Assembly (NCBI RefSeq): GCF_004310395.1
Contig: NZ_BFAX01000003.1
Span: forward strand, 91,333 to 115,332
Length of the DNA: 24,000 nt
Source: Methanofervidicoccus abyssi
GTDB lineage: Archaea > AGJL01 > Methanococci > Methanococcales > Methanococcaceae
Reading direction: 5' to 3'
Shown piece after piece: positions 8,711 through 17,236 of this stretch. The notes under the pieces were generated by a model, which did no database searches, was not told the DNA's origin, and was given only the letters and a program-made list of their open reading frames with translations. The position numbers and the translations under genes were made by a program. The first letter of the stretch is position 1, and each line of letters begins with the position of its first letter.

Positions 8711-8985
8711 GTTAAAACAACTCTATAATAAAAAATAAAAAATAATAAACAATATTGTGCAGAGTTACGAACTTCTTTTTTATTATTAATTTGTTATAAA
8801 GTAATAATTAAAAAAATTGAAAAATTTAGCTCTTACTAACAATATTATTATAATATTTATTATAATTTTTAGCATAAAATTTTAGAAAAGAGACAACGTT
8901 CCTTACTGGACAACATTTTTTATCAACTACTATAAAAAAATAGTAAATAATAATAACAAATATTATAGATATATCCAAAAATGAG

Positions 8986-9058
8986 GGCCGGGACCGGGAA
9001 TTGAACCCGGCTCAGGGGATCCACAGTCCCCCAGGATGACCACTACCCCACCCCGGCC
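8986..9058 (-). tRNA. tRNA-His (GUG)
   Basis: The reverse strand reads GGCCGGGGTGGGGTAGTGGTCATCCTGGGGGACTGTGGATCCCCTGAGCCGGGTTCAATTCCCGGTCCCGGCC. The anticodon loop is CTGTGGA. The acceptor helix is 8 bp including the His-specific G-1:C73 pair, and the T-loop is TTCAATT. No CCA is encoded, and T5 follows on the minus strand. Confidence 0.9.
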
Positions 9059-9077
9059 ACCCATACTTGTTAAAAAA

Positions 9078-9165
9078 TGGTGCAGGGGGGGGGATTTGAA
9101 CCCCCGAACCCCTATGGGACAGGATTCTAAGTCCTGCGTCTTTGGCCAGGCTCGACAACCCCTGC
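9078..9165 (-). tRNA. tRNA-Leu (UAG), class II with long variable arm, CCA encoded
   Basis: 88 nt on the reverse strand: GCAGGGG...CAGGA CTTAGAA TCCTG T CCCATAGGGGTTC GGGGG TTCAAAT CCCCC CCCCTGC ACCA. The acceptor is GCAGGGG/CCCCTGC. Confidence 0.92.
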
Positions 9166-9197
9166 AGTATTTAAAGTAAAGTTTTATAAAAAAAATA

Positions 9198-9272
9198 TGC
9201 CCCAGTCGGGATTTGAACCCGAGTCGCAGGCTCGAAAGGCCCGCATGATAGGCCGGGCTACACCACTGGGGC
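9198..9272 (-). tRNA. tRNA-Glu (UUC)
   Basis: 75 nt on the reverse strand: GCCCCAG TG GTGTAGCCCGGCCTATCAT G CGGGC CTTTCGA GCCTG CGAC TCGGG TTCAAAT CCCGA CTGGGGC A. No CCA is encoded. Confidence 0.92.
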
Positions 9273-9277
9273 ACTAA

Positions 9278-9355
9278 TGGTGGGACCGAAGGGATTTGAA
9301 CCCTTGACCCCTCGGTTATGAGCCGAGTGCTCTAACCAGGCTGAGCTACGGTCCC
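9278..9355 (-). tRNA. tRNA with CAU anticodon: elongator tRNA-Met type (could be the CAU tRNA-Ile2 that is agmatidine-modified)
   Basis: 78 nt on the reverse strand: GGGACCG TA GCTCAGCCTGGTTAGAGC A CTCGG CTCATAA CCGAG GGGTC AAGGG TTCAAAT CCCTT CGGTCCC ACCA. The G1:C72 pair and the absence of a GGG/CCC anticodon stem argue against an initiator tRNA. Confidence 0.85.
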
Positions 9356-9385
9356 TCAAATATAAAAAAATAAAAAAATTAGTTT

Positions 9386-9461
9386 TGGCGCCCCCAGCAG
9401 GACTCGAACCTGCGACCTACGGATTAACAGTCCGTCGCTCTACCTACTGAGCTATGGGGGC
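9386..9461 (-). tRNA. tRNA-Asn (GUU), CCA encoded
   Basis: 76 nt on the reverse strand: GCCCCCA TA GCTCAGTAGGTAGAGC G ACGGA CTGTTAA TCCGT AGGTC GCAGG TTCGAGT CCTGC TGGGGGC GCCA. Confidence 0.92.
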
Positions 9462-9505
9462 TCCTAACTTCACAGGTATTTGCACAATAACAATCTACTT
9501 TCTAC

Positions 9506-9536
9506 TATATAAACTTTTCGGCGAAAAGTATATATA
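9506..9536. promoter_or_regulatory. Back-to-back BRE/TATA promoters forming a 31-bp near-perfect palindrome between the divergent tRNA genes
   Basis: TATATAAACTTTTCG g CGAAAAGTATATATA has 15-nt arms matching at 14/15 positions around G9521. Each strand reads CGAAAAGT(T/A)TATATA, a purine-rich BRE-like element followed by a TATA box. The outer TATA edges lie 45 nt (tRNA-Asn 5' end, 9461) and 44 nt (tRNA-Phe 5' end, 9580) from the mature tRNA ends. Confidence 0.55.
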
Positions 9537-9579
9537 TTAGTTGTGCAAATTAATTGTGATTGTGGTAGAGCCGTGGAAA

Positions 9580-9656
9580 GCCGTGGTAGTTCAGCCTGGG
9601 AGAACGCTGGACTGAAGATCCAGTTGTCGGGTGTTCAAATCACCCCCACGGCACCA
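9580..9656 (+). tRNA. tRNA-Phe (GAA), CCA encoded
   Basis: 77 nt: GCCGTGG TA GTTCAGCCTGGGAGAAC G CTGGA CTGAAGA TCCAG TTGTC GGGTG TTCAAAT CACCC CCACGGC ACCA. Confidence 0.92.
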
Positions 9657-9733
9657 TTGTTTTTATTTTTATATGTAATAATCTATATATCTAAATATTT
9701 GGAATTATTGGTTTAATGCCTAAGGTGAAAGAC

Positions 9734-10564
9734 ATGAAGAGAATATGTGTATATGGAAAAGGCGGTATTGGGAAATCTACAACTGTGTCTAATGTAGCCG
9801 CTGCACTGGCAGAGTCAGGTAGAAAAGTTATGGTGATTGGATGTGACCCAAAGGGGGACTCCACAAGGAATATAATGGGAAAGAAGATACCAACAGTCTT
9901 AGATGTTCTTAGAAAAAGGGGAGAAGATGTCCAATTAGAAGATGTTGTTTTTAGAGGATTTCAAGGTATCTACTGTGTTGAAAGTGGAGGCCCTGAACCA
10001 GGAGTAGGATGTGCAGGAAGGGGAATAATTAAGGCCATAGAAATATTAAACAGATTAAATGTTTTTGAGATCTTGAAACCAGACATAATAATTTACGATG
10101 TGTTAGGAGACGTTGTCTGTGGAGGTTTTGCCATGCCCCTTCAAAGACATTTAGTTGATGAGGTGTATATAGTAACAACCTGTGATCCCATGGCCCTCTA
10201 CGCTGCAAACAATATCAGTAAGGGTATAAAGAGGTACGCCCACAGGGGAAATGTCGCATTAGGTGGAATTATATACAACGGTAGAAGTGTAGTAGATGAT
10301 ATCTCCATAGTATCAGAATTTTCCTCAAAGTTAGGTACAGAAGTTGTGGGATATATCCCGATGAGTGAGATCATAGTAAAAAGTGAGATACGTAAGAAAA
10401 CTGTTATTGAGTATTCTCCCGATCATCCTCTATCTAACCTCTTCAGGGAGTTGGCCAATAGGATCTTTAACAATAGTAAGAAGGTGATTCCTATTCCTCT
10501 ATCTGAAGAGGAATTAGACAGAATATCGGAGAAAATAGAGAAATTAATTGAGAGAGGTGTATAA
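9734..10564 (+). CDS. cfbC: NifH-family Fe-protein ATPase, most likely the F430-biosynthesis component CfbC rather than a nitrogenase reductase
   Basis: It has the P-loop [14 protein letters not shown], a switch region [11 protein letters not shown], and the two [4Fe-4S] ligand contexts GVGCAGRG and [11 protein letters not shown]. The ORF-track start (ATG 9716) is probably too long: AGGTGA (9723-9728) lies 5 nt before ATG 9734. No nifD/K/I/E/N genes are nearby, hence the CfbC inference. Confidence 0.7.
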   Translation: MKRICVYGKGGIGKSTTVSNVAAALAESGRKVMVIGCDPKGDSTRNIMGKKIPTVLDVLRKRGEDVQLEDVVFRGFQGIYCVESGGPEPGVGCAGRGIIKAIEILNRLNVFEILKPDIIIYDVLGDVVCGGFAMPLQRHLVDEVYIVTTCDPMALYAANNISKGIKRYAHRGNVALGGIIYNGRSVVDDISIVSEFSSKLGTEVVGYIPMSEIIVKSEIRKKTVIEYSPDHPLSNLFRELANRIFNNSKKVIPIPLSEEELDRISEKIEKLIERGV

Positions 10565-10740
10565 TTTTAAAATCGTAACTATCCAAAGGACTATATGATA
10601 GTCTAAACCACAGTTCCTGACCGTAGTAGTTATAATAATTAAAATAATTAAAAACCATAAAATAATTATAAAATATAATTATAAAATAAATAATTGATTA
10701 AAAAATAATGGAAAAGTTATTTTAAAAATAAAAACTCTTT

Positions 10741-11727
10741 TTAAACCTTAAATAGTGCAATTAGAACTCCAAGAAATCCTACTGCACAGGTATATAAGGA
10801 TATAGGATATAGCTGTCTGAAGGTTAGTAGTGGAGAGTACGCCCCTAAGATACTACTTAAAATAGGTAGTAGAAATGCAATTCCAAAGTTTATAACAATA
10901 GTTATTGGGTTATTTATATCGGGATATACCCCCAGGTAGACTGTTGCAAATAGACTACCTAAGGTTATCATAAGTAACTCCTTAAATGAAAGGTATATCG
11001 CCCTGTATCTCCCAGAGTACTCTAAAGTAGGGCCTTCAATGACATCGGCCTTTGTATGCATTATTGAAAAGGGGTACTCTCCAGTTAATACAAGATAGCC
11101 TATAAAGTATGCTATCGCCCCAAAGATACCTGGGAGGGTAAATAGAAAGTTATTTCCAATCACACTATCTAAGAATATACTCTTCTTGGAGATAAAGGGA
11201 AGTATCAAACCTATATAGAGTGGAAAGGATCCTACAGTGATCAACTTATAGGCCCTAAGTGCTCCAAGTTGTTCAAGGGACATCCTCAGTATATCTTTAA
11301 AGTCACTGCCTTTACAGATGTCAGGAATAGGCATCCTAACTCCCATGATGGAGTTGCTCAAAGATCCCATAATAATATACATCATCTCCTTAACTTTCAG
11401 GAGACCTGTGATAAATATTAAATTGGAAACAACATGTATATAGGGCACTGTAGTAGAGGCTAAAATAATCCATACTACGAGGAAACCAAAAAGTGATAAT
11501 AAGTTATACAAGTTAGGCATCTTACTAAAGGGTTTTTTTACTTCCTTTGCCAGAAATTTAAAGAGTGCCCACAACCCAGGTGTTAGGATAGATGGGCCTA
11601 TCCTCCTCTGGATTCTAGCCTGGATCTTCCTCTGTATCCCCGGAATCAGAGTAGAGACTGCAAAAGCTATAAGGGGAATACCTACTACAGAGAGTACGAA
11701 TTCTAAAAGTGATAGGTTGATATCCAT
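10741..11727 (-). CDS. ehbO: Energy-converting hydrogenase B integral membrane subunit, NuoH/HycD-like (EhbO-type)
   Basis: Polytopic membrane protein. After the first TM helix it carries RKIQARIQRRIGPSILTPGLWALFKFLAKE, the NuoH/HycD/EchB signature (R..A..Q.R.GP). The ORF track starts it at TTG 11754. ATG 11727 is preceded by AGGTGT plus 4 nt and is preferred. Confidence 0.75.
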   Translation of the reverse strand: MDINLSLLEFVLSVVGIPLIAFAVSTLIPGIQRKIQARIQRRIGPSILTPGLWALFKFLAKEVKKPFSKMPNLYNLLSLFGFLVVWIILASTTVPYIHVVSNLIFITGLLKVKEMMYIIMGSLSNSIMGVRMPIPDICKGSDFKDILRMSLEQLGALRAYKLITVGSFPLYIGLILPFISKKSIFLDSVIGNNFLFTLPGIFGAIAYFIGYLVLTGEYPFSIMHTKADVIEGPTLEYSGRYRAIYLSFKELLMITLGSLFATVYLGVYPDINNPITIVINFGIAFLLPILSSILGAYSPLLTFRQLYPISLYTCAVGFLGVLIALFKV

Positions 11728-11986
11728 AGGTACACCTTTTTTATTATATTTCAATATTTTATCAAAATGGTTAGCTTCCCCCGAGGTTTTTAATTTTTAA
11801 TTTTTAATAATTATGACAGGGAATTCTATACTTTCCAGATGCCTTAAGAAATAAATCCACCCTGCTTCTCCAGTATATAGTTTAGTCCAAATTTACTTTT
11901 ACTTTAAGTTCTAATATTCTTTAATATTCTTTTAATTCTTTATATTTTAATTATTTTTAATTATAATTATTATTTTATTTTAAAAT

Positions 11987-12430
11987 CTATCCCCTAACTA
12001 TCTTTGGAATAGCCTTTATTATACCGTCTATAATATCCTCTGGTCTCGGTGGGCATCCGGGCACCTTAACATCTACTGGAATAATCCTATCTACAGGACC
12101 CTCTATAAAATCCGAAGTGCCTAAATAACCTCCTATGTTTCCATAAACCCCTCCCATCAGAGCACAGCAACCTATGGAAACTACAGCCTTTGGTTCTGGA
12201 ATACTCTCATATATCTTTCTCAGAGGCTCCTTCATAACCTTGGTAACACAGCCACTTACAAGTAGTATATCTGCCTCCCTTGGATTCCAGGTTAAAAAGA
12301 CGTTGTACTGTTCAGCGTCATAGTAGGGGGAGTAGAAACAGTTAACTGCCTCAATATCACAACCATTACATCCTCCTGTATATGCCAACATAACATGAAT
12401 ACACTTTTTTCTAGCGTACTCCTTTATCAT
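11987..12430 (-). CDS. ehbM: Energy-converting [NiFe] hydrogenase small subunit, NuoB-like (EhbM-type)
   Basis: 147 aa with the NuoB/HycG cluster-N2-type cysteine contexts [18 protein letters not shown] and VPGCPPRPE. Confidence 0.85.
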   Translation of the reverse strand: MIKEYARKKCIHVMLAYTGGCNGCDIEAVNCFYSPYYDAEQYNVFLTWNPREADILLVSGCVTKVMKEPLRKIYESIPEPKAVVSIGCCALMGGVYGNIGGYLGTSDFIEGPVDRIIPVDVKVPGCPPRPEDIIDGIIKAIPKIVRG

Positions 12431-12431
12431 A

Positions 12432-12935
12432 TTACTTCCCTCTATCTTTCATCAACTTTCTGAGATTTATAGAGAGGATACTGGCAATCTTCTTCAACTG
12501 ACTTTCGGGGATATCCACAGGTTTCTCAAAGATCTTAGATAGATCCACCTCTACGTACTCCTCTCCCACATCTCTTGGATGTATTGGTGATATCTCGTTG
12601 AATATGGAAAACACCGGACAGAAGTCGTGACAGTATAGACAGTATATACACTTTGTAGGATCTATTACAGGAATACTTTTTTTTATATAGTTTTCAGCCA
12701 GCTTAACAGGTTCAATCTTCTTCATCTGAATACATCCTGTTGGACAGGCGTTGGCACATCCTTCACATCCGATACAGAGATTCTCTAAGACGGTTCTTGG
12801 GAGCTTCACCCCCGAAAGTATCTCTTTCCTCATCTCCTCTGAAGTATAGGTATCTGTCCCGAGGAGTATTCTCTCTATATTTTTATAGGCTCCTAGGATT
12901 ACCAACTTAGCGAGGTTCTTAAGGGATTGATCCAT
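12432..12935 (-). CDS. ehbL: 2x[4Fe-4S] ferredoxin subunit (EhbL-type)
   Basis: 167 aa with two motifs, [12 protein letters not shown] and [19 protein letters not shown] lies 4 nt before the ATG. It is packed between the polyferredoxin and the small subunit. Confidence 0.8.
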   Translation of the reverse strand: MDQSLKNLAKLVILGAYKNIERILLGTDTYTSEEMRKEILSGVKLPRTVLENLCIGCEGCANACPTGCIQMKKIEPVKLAENYIKKSIPVIDPTKCIYCLYCHDFCPVFSIFNEISPIHPRDVGEEYVEVDLSKIFEKPVDIPESQLKKIASILSINLRKLMKDRGK

Positions 12936-12944
12936 AGTTACACC

Positions 12945-14411
12945 TTAATCCTTCTCCACCCAAGTTCTATAGATGTTAATAGCATTAGTAGGACATATGT
13001 TTACACAGGCAGAACAGTATTCACATCTCTCCACGTCTATATCTCCCATATCTATAACATCCACTGGGCATATCCTGTTACACAGTCCACATCTGATACA
13101 TAGATCAAAGTCTGTCCAGATATAGGAGTTCTCCCTATCTACAACTTTTTTATAGCCTGTGGTATTTGGAATAACATCCCTTGGACAGTGGATTGCACAG
13201 TTTTCACACATTACACAGTTCTCGTTAAAGAGCACTTCTCCTGTATCACCATCTCCCTTTCTAAGTTTTATCTTTACAGTTATGGCATCCACTGGACATA
13301 CATCTGCACAGGTACCACAGTATATACATCTTTCATCTCTGATAACCTGAAACTTCTCAATCTTTTTAATGGATATAGCATTCTCTGGACACTCCTCTAT
13401 ACATATTCCACAGAGAGTACAGGCCCCAGTGATCTTTCTATCTTTCTTTATTCTAACTTCCTGAGGACATACTTTTACACAGGTTTCACATAGATTACAT
13501 ATACTCTCGTCGTAGAGAATTCTACCGTCCTTCATCTTTAAGGCTCCCCTTGGACAGTTATCTACACATAACCCACAGTTTATACAGTACCTCGATGGGG
13601 TGGTTTTTTTATCTTCCTTAACCTTAACTACCTTAAAATTCTCTATCCTTAGGGCATCCTTGGGACATTTCCTTATACAGTTTCCACATAGGACACACTT
13701 CTCTTCATCTACCACCCCTTCAACTATAGCATTCCTTGGACATACGTCACCACATATATTACATCCAGTACAGCCGTCTACAGTATCTTTCTCCAATATC
13801 GTTTCCCTAGGACAGAGATATATACATCTACTACAGTTTTTACAGAGGTTCTTATCTATGTATATAGATGTCCTGAAGCTGGAAACCTTCTTAGGTTTTG
13901 AGTCCTTCTCTTCTTCAACAGGTAGTTTCTCCCTCTTTCTAATTTTCGCCAATATCTGTATATATCTGTCTAGAAGTGCTCTGTTCTTTCTATCCTTCAG
14001 ATCTCCACTGTAGAATAATTTCCTGGCATCATGAGGGCATGCCTCTACACATAGACCACACATTACACAGATACCTTTAGGATAGACTACAACCTTTTTC
14101 CTATTATTAACTACCTTCTCTTCTTTTACCATCTTTATTATACCAATGGGACAGAGAATCTCACAGGTACCGCATCCGTTACACCTTCTCCTATCTATGT
14201 AATAACCTCCAAATTCATTTTTTTTAATAGCTTTATTTGGACACTCCCTTGCACAGGTACCACAGGTTATACAGGAGTATGATTTGTCCTCTATTAAAAC
14301 AACAGCTCCAGTAGGACATACCTCAGCACAGATAGGTGTATTTTTATCAGATCCTTCTGTACATTTTTCATCCTTTAGACACTTGAACACATCTGTTACT
14401 ATCATATACAT
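12945..14411 (-). CDS. ehbK: Polyferredoxin with 14 predicted [4Fe-4S] sites (EhbK-type)
   Basis: I count 13 canonical CxxCxxCxxxCP motifs plus one atypical N-terminal set (C-x5-C-x10-C-x3-CP). Fourteen clusters is what I recall for EhbK of M. thermautotrophicus. Candidate starts are GTG 14414, ATG 14411 (overlapping the upstream TGA) or ATG 14405 (AAGTGAT plus 4 nt). Confidence 0.85.
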   Translation of the reverse strand: MYMIVTDVFKCLKDEKCTEGSDKNTPICAEVCPTGAVVLIEDKSYSCITCGTCARECPNKAIKKNEFGGYYIDRRRCNGCGTCEILCPIGIIKMVKEEKVVNNRKKVVVYPKGICVMCGLCVEACPHDARKLFYSGDLKDRKNRALLDRYIQILAKIRKREKLPVEEEKDSKPKKVSSFRTSIYIDKNLCKNCSRCIYLCPRETILEKDTVDGCTGCNICGDVCPRNAIVEGVVDEEKCVLCGNCIRKCPKDALRIENFKVVKVKEDKKTTPSRYCINCGLCVDNCPRGALKMKDGRILYDESICNLCETCVKVCPQEVRIKKDRKITGACTLCGICIEECPENAISIKKIEKFQVIRDERCIYCGTCADVCPVDAITVKIKLRKGDGDTGEVLFNENCVMCENCAIHCPRDVIPNTTGYKKVVDRENSYIWTDFDLCIRCGLCNRICPVDVIDMGDIDVERCEYCSACVNICPTNAINIYRTWVEKD

Positions 14412-14635
14412 CACTTCTTATCCCTAACAGTGAGATTTCCAATTAGAAGTCCTACTAAGGAGAATAGAAAGGAGTAAGAAAGTGGAAAGTTGTAGTAAGG
14501 TAGAGATCCTAAGAGGTATCCGACAACCAGTCCTACAACTAAGTAGAACCATACATTTAACTTGACCGTAATCCTCCTACCTAAGATAAACCCTAATATC
14601 ATCCCTGTAAAAGGTAGAAAGAAGTAATCTATCAC
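14411..14635 (-). CDS. Small two-TM membrane subunit of the Ehb complex (letter assignment uncertain)
   Basis: 74 aa, GTG start 1 nt after the upstream stop. It has two hydrophobic helices (FLPFTGMILGFILG; WFYLVVGLVVGYLLG...LFSLVGLLIGNL). Its stop overlaps the polyferredoxin start, so support comes from operon packing only. Confidence 0.55.
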   Translation of the reverse strand: MIDYFFLPFTGMILGFILGRRITVKLNVWFYLVVGLVVGYLLGSLPYYNFPLSYSFLFSLVGLLIGNLTVRDKK

Positions 14636-14636
14636 A

Positions 14637-15404
14637 TTACCCCTTCTCTATGTTTTTTAAAATTATCCTCTGGGATATAAGGAGGGTTGTTATTGTAGAT
14701 AGCCCTGCAAGTACCTTCAAACCTACTCCTATGTTTAAGTAGGGAATGATACCTACATTTCCTATACCTGAAGGAGAAGGAAAGAGATTTATCCCATAAA
14801 CATCAGTGACGTTAAGTAAATAATACCCTGAAGTTATCATACCCATCAATCCTAACATGAGAAATAGGAGGGCTCCAAAACTCTCTAAAGATTCTAAGAA
14901 CTTATGGGAAAATCTCACTGGACATTCCCTTCTACCAAAGGCCACCGTAGTTAAAATATACCCTGCAGATATCAAGGCACCTCCCTGAAATCCCCCTCCA
15001 GGTGTAATATGTCCCCCAAGTATTATAACGATCCCTAAAGCCATAAGTAAAACTCCCATAGGTGCTGCTAAAACCTTTATTATAGGTGTAAATCCTAGAT
15101 CAACATCCTTACAATCCTCCTTACCATACACCTCTTTAAGGAAATCACTGTTAAAGAGCCCCTTTCCAAATACTACTCCAGTGACTAATACTGAAGTTAT
15201 CAGTATCAGACACTCTCCGAGGGTATCAAATCCCCTCCAATCGAAGAGTATAGCACTTACAAAGTTAGGAATTATCAAGGTATTGGTATATACAGCATTT
15301 ACACCTTCAACCACGTCAATACTGTAGATGGAGTAAAATACGCCTGCACCAAATAACAGAAAGGATAGAGAAACTGCAATCTCTCTACCTACAGAGATCT
15401 TCAT
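14637..15404 (-). CDS. MnhB/MrpB-like membrane subunit of the Ehb complex
   Basis: 255 aa, polytopic. The block WRGFDTLGECLILITSVLV resembles the MnhB-domain signature. GGTGAT lies 3 nt before the ATG. Confidence 0.7.
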   Translation of the reverse strand: MKISVGREIAVSLSFLLFGAGVFYSIYSIDVVEGVNAVYTNTLIIPNFVSAILFDWRGFDTLGECLILITSVLVTGVVFGKGLFNSDFLKEVYGKEDCKDVDLGFTPIIKVLAAPMGVLLMALGIVIILGGHITPGGGFQGGALISAGYILTTVAFGRRECPVRFSHKFLESLESFGALLFLMLGLMGMITSGYYLLNVTDVYGINLFPSPSGIGNVGIIPYLNIGVGLKVLAGLSTITTLLISQRIILKNIEKG

Positions 15405-15408
15405 AGAA

Positions 15409-15723
15409 TCACCAAGAACCTGTAATAAATATTATCATGGATATGGCGCCTAAGAGCATGGAGATCCAGAAGAGTTGGAGAGCTATATTGTTCGAATTCT
15501 CCTTCCTGAATTTAAATACCATGGGTATAGCCTGTAATCCCATACCTATGGCAAGTATCCCCACCATGGCAAGAAGCACCTTCCCAAACACCCTGGAAAG
15601 AAGAAAGAGACATACAACTAAAAATCCGTAGAGTATAAACTCCCCAGTTAAACCTGCACCTGTAAAGATGCTGTCTCCACAGATTTCTTTATCCATCTCC
15701 TTTTTAAACCTGTCGTAATTCAT
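15409..15723 (-). CDS. Small membrane subunit of the Ehb complex (letter assignment uncertain)
   Basis: The ORF track gives GTG 15780, which overlaps the upstream gene by 16 nt. An internal ATG at 15723 (MNYDRFKKEMDKEICGDSIF...) is preceded by AAGTGAT plus 3 nt, the spacing seen at other starts here. Three hydrophobic helices follow. The start choice is uncertain. Confidence 0.5.
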   Translation of the reverse strand: MNYDRFKKEMDKEICGDSIFTGAGLTGEFILYGFLVVCLFLLSRVFGKVLLAMVGILAIGMGLQAIPMVFKFRKENSNNIALQLFWISMLLGAISMIIFITGSW

Positions 15724-15764
15724 AGTATCACTTAAATAATTCCTTAGTATATTGCTTTTTATTT

Positions 15765-17225
15765 CTATCTTAGAACCCACTTAATACCGATCTCTTCCCC
15801 TATAGGATACAACCTATTTAACACTATATCTGGATAAATACCAAGTATTAAACAAAGTATGACCAACAACCCTAAGGAGAATATATAATATTTCGAAATT
15901 TTAAAATTCCTGTACTCCTTAAGTTGCTCTTCACCACATGGCTTCAAGAATATGAGATAGAATGCCTTCATCATATAGAGAAAAGTACCTATACTGACGA
16001 TCAGCATTAAAACTACAAGTTCTGGCATATTTGCATGCATTACAGCTTCTGCAAGTAGTAACTTACTCTGAAAGCCGTTGAAGGGTGGGATTCCAATACT
16101 TGCAAACGTGGCAAATAACATTAGAAATGCTACAGTAGGTATAGTAAATAGGAGTCCTCCAACCTTTCTCATATCTGAGGATTTTATCTTATCTACAATA
16201 TGAGCTCCGATAAAGAGGGCACTCTTATAGAGGACATGGTTTATCCCGTGAAATATTCCTGCTACAATACCTAACGGTGTTCCAAGAGCTAATCCCAGTG
16301 CAACATAACCGCCCTGACTTACAGTATGATAGGCAAGTAGTTTTCTATAATCTTTCTGAAGTAGTGCCATAACTGTCCCGAATACCATGGCAAATACAGA
16401 GAGCGCTATCAGTATCCCCCTGGTAGTGTTGAAAATAGGGAGGTTTCCAAACAACTTTAATATAACCAACATAAGTACAATAAGTACAAATTTTGAGTAG
16501 GTTTGAAGTATAGCAGCTACAAAGGGCTTAGTCCTAGCGTATAGATCAGCCTTTAAGGTATGAAAAGGAGGAAGCCCTCCTCCGTAGGCTAAACCTACTA
16601 TCAACATTAATAACCCTCCATATACAGTAGGAGTCGATGGATTAATGGCAAGATATCTTTTCATATCCTCTATATTCAAGGTACCAGTTGCAGATAGTAG
16701 GAGACCTATTCCCAGAAGTAGTATGGATCCTGCCATAGTTCCAACTAGGAGGTATCTAAAAGCAGATCTGTAGGCATTCTCTGTACCTGCTAAAATTACT
16801 AAACCTGCCTGTACGATTGCTGCGATTTCGTAGAACACGTATAGGTTGAAGAGATCATCAGTTAGAATTACTGCAGAGACACTTGCAAGTCCCATCAACA
16901 CTAAGGATGTAAAGATTCCACTTAGATTCTTCTCCTTGGTGGATAGTATAAGTACTAAAGAACCTACCAACATTAGTGTAAATAGTAGGACCTCCTTTAG
17001 AGGGTTTAATGTATAGAGAATCCCAGATACGAAAGGAATACCATCTATGTATGTTATACCATGTCCGCCAAAGAAGTAAGGAGTGTATGTCCCTAGGAAG
17101 GGGAGAACAAGGAGGATCAGCGCCATCAAAAGTGTAAGAAATCTAACGTACTTACTCCTGTAGATATAACTAAAAATTATCGCCATAATTAGGGGAATAA
17201 CTACTATTAAGGGAAGAAGGTTCAT
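15765..17225 (-). CDS. ehbF: NuoL/M/N- and MnhD-like antiporter-type membrane subunit (EhbF-type)
   Basis: 486 aa with about 14 TM segments. The conserved core is HTVSQGGYVALGLALGTPLGIVAGIFHGINHVLYKSALFIGAHIV, the H...K..LF block of complex-I antiporter-like subunits. ATGGTGG lies 4 nt before the ATG. Confidence 0.85.
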   Translation of the reverse strand: MNLLPLIVVIPLIMAIIFSYIYRSKYVRFLTLLMALILLVLPFLGTYTPYFFGGHGITYIDGIPFVSGILYTLNPLKEVLLFTLMLVGSLVLILSTKEKNLSGIFTSLVLMGLASVSAVILTDDLFNLYVFYEIAAIVQAGLVILAGTENAYRSAFRYLLVGTMAGSILLLGIGLLLSATGTLNIEDMKRYLAINPSTPTVYGGLLMLIVGLAYGGGLPPFHTLKADLYARTKPFVAAILQTYSKFVLIVLMLVILKLFGNLPIFNTTRGILIALSVFAMVFGTVMALLQKDYRKLLAYHTVSQGGYVALGLALGTPLGIVAGIFHGINHVLYKSALFIGAHIVDKIKSSDMRKVGGLLFTIPTVAFLMLFATFASIGIPPFNGFQSKLLLAEAVMHANMPELVVLMLIVSIGTFLYMMKAFYLIFLKPCGEEQLKEYRNFKISKYYIFSLGLLVILCLILGIYPDIVLNRLYPIGEEIGIKWVLR

Positions 17226-17236
17226 CTTTCCACCAT

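Noticed and set aside
8963-9274. 103-aa minus-strand ORF in the track (MPQWCSPAYHAGLSS...).
   Set aside because: It runs straight through tRNA-His, tRNA-Leu and tRNA-Glu. The open frame comes from the GC-rich tRNA sequence. It has no SD and an implausible composition.
9734-10564. NifH-like gene read as evidence of a nitrogen-fixation locus.
   Set aside because: No nifD/K/E/N or nifI genes are adjacent. An isolated NifH homologue in a methanogen is best explained as the F430-pathway CfbC. Only phylogeny can settle this.
11728-11986. Possible decayed ehbN pseudogene in the gap between the small subunit and the NuoH-like gene.
   Set aside because: The gap is far too short for a roughly 1.1-kb large-subunit gene. 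It is AT-rich with stops in all frames, and I could translate no NuoD/HycE-like peptide fragment from it.
13159-14013. Three plus-strand ORFs (63, 101 and 137 aa) inside the polyferredoxin gene.
   Set aside because: They are antisense to a gene with 14 unmistakable Fe-S motifs. The products are low-complexity Ser/Thr/Phe/Leu-rich, with no SD. These are typical shadow ORFs.
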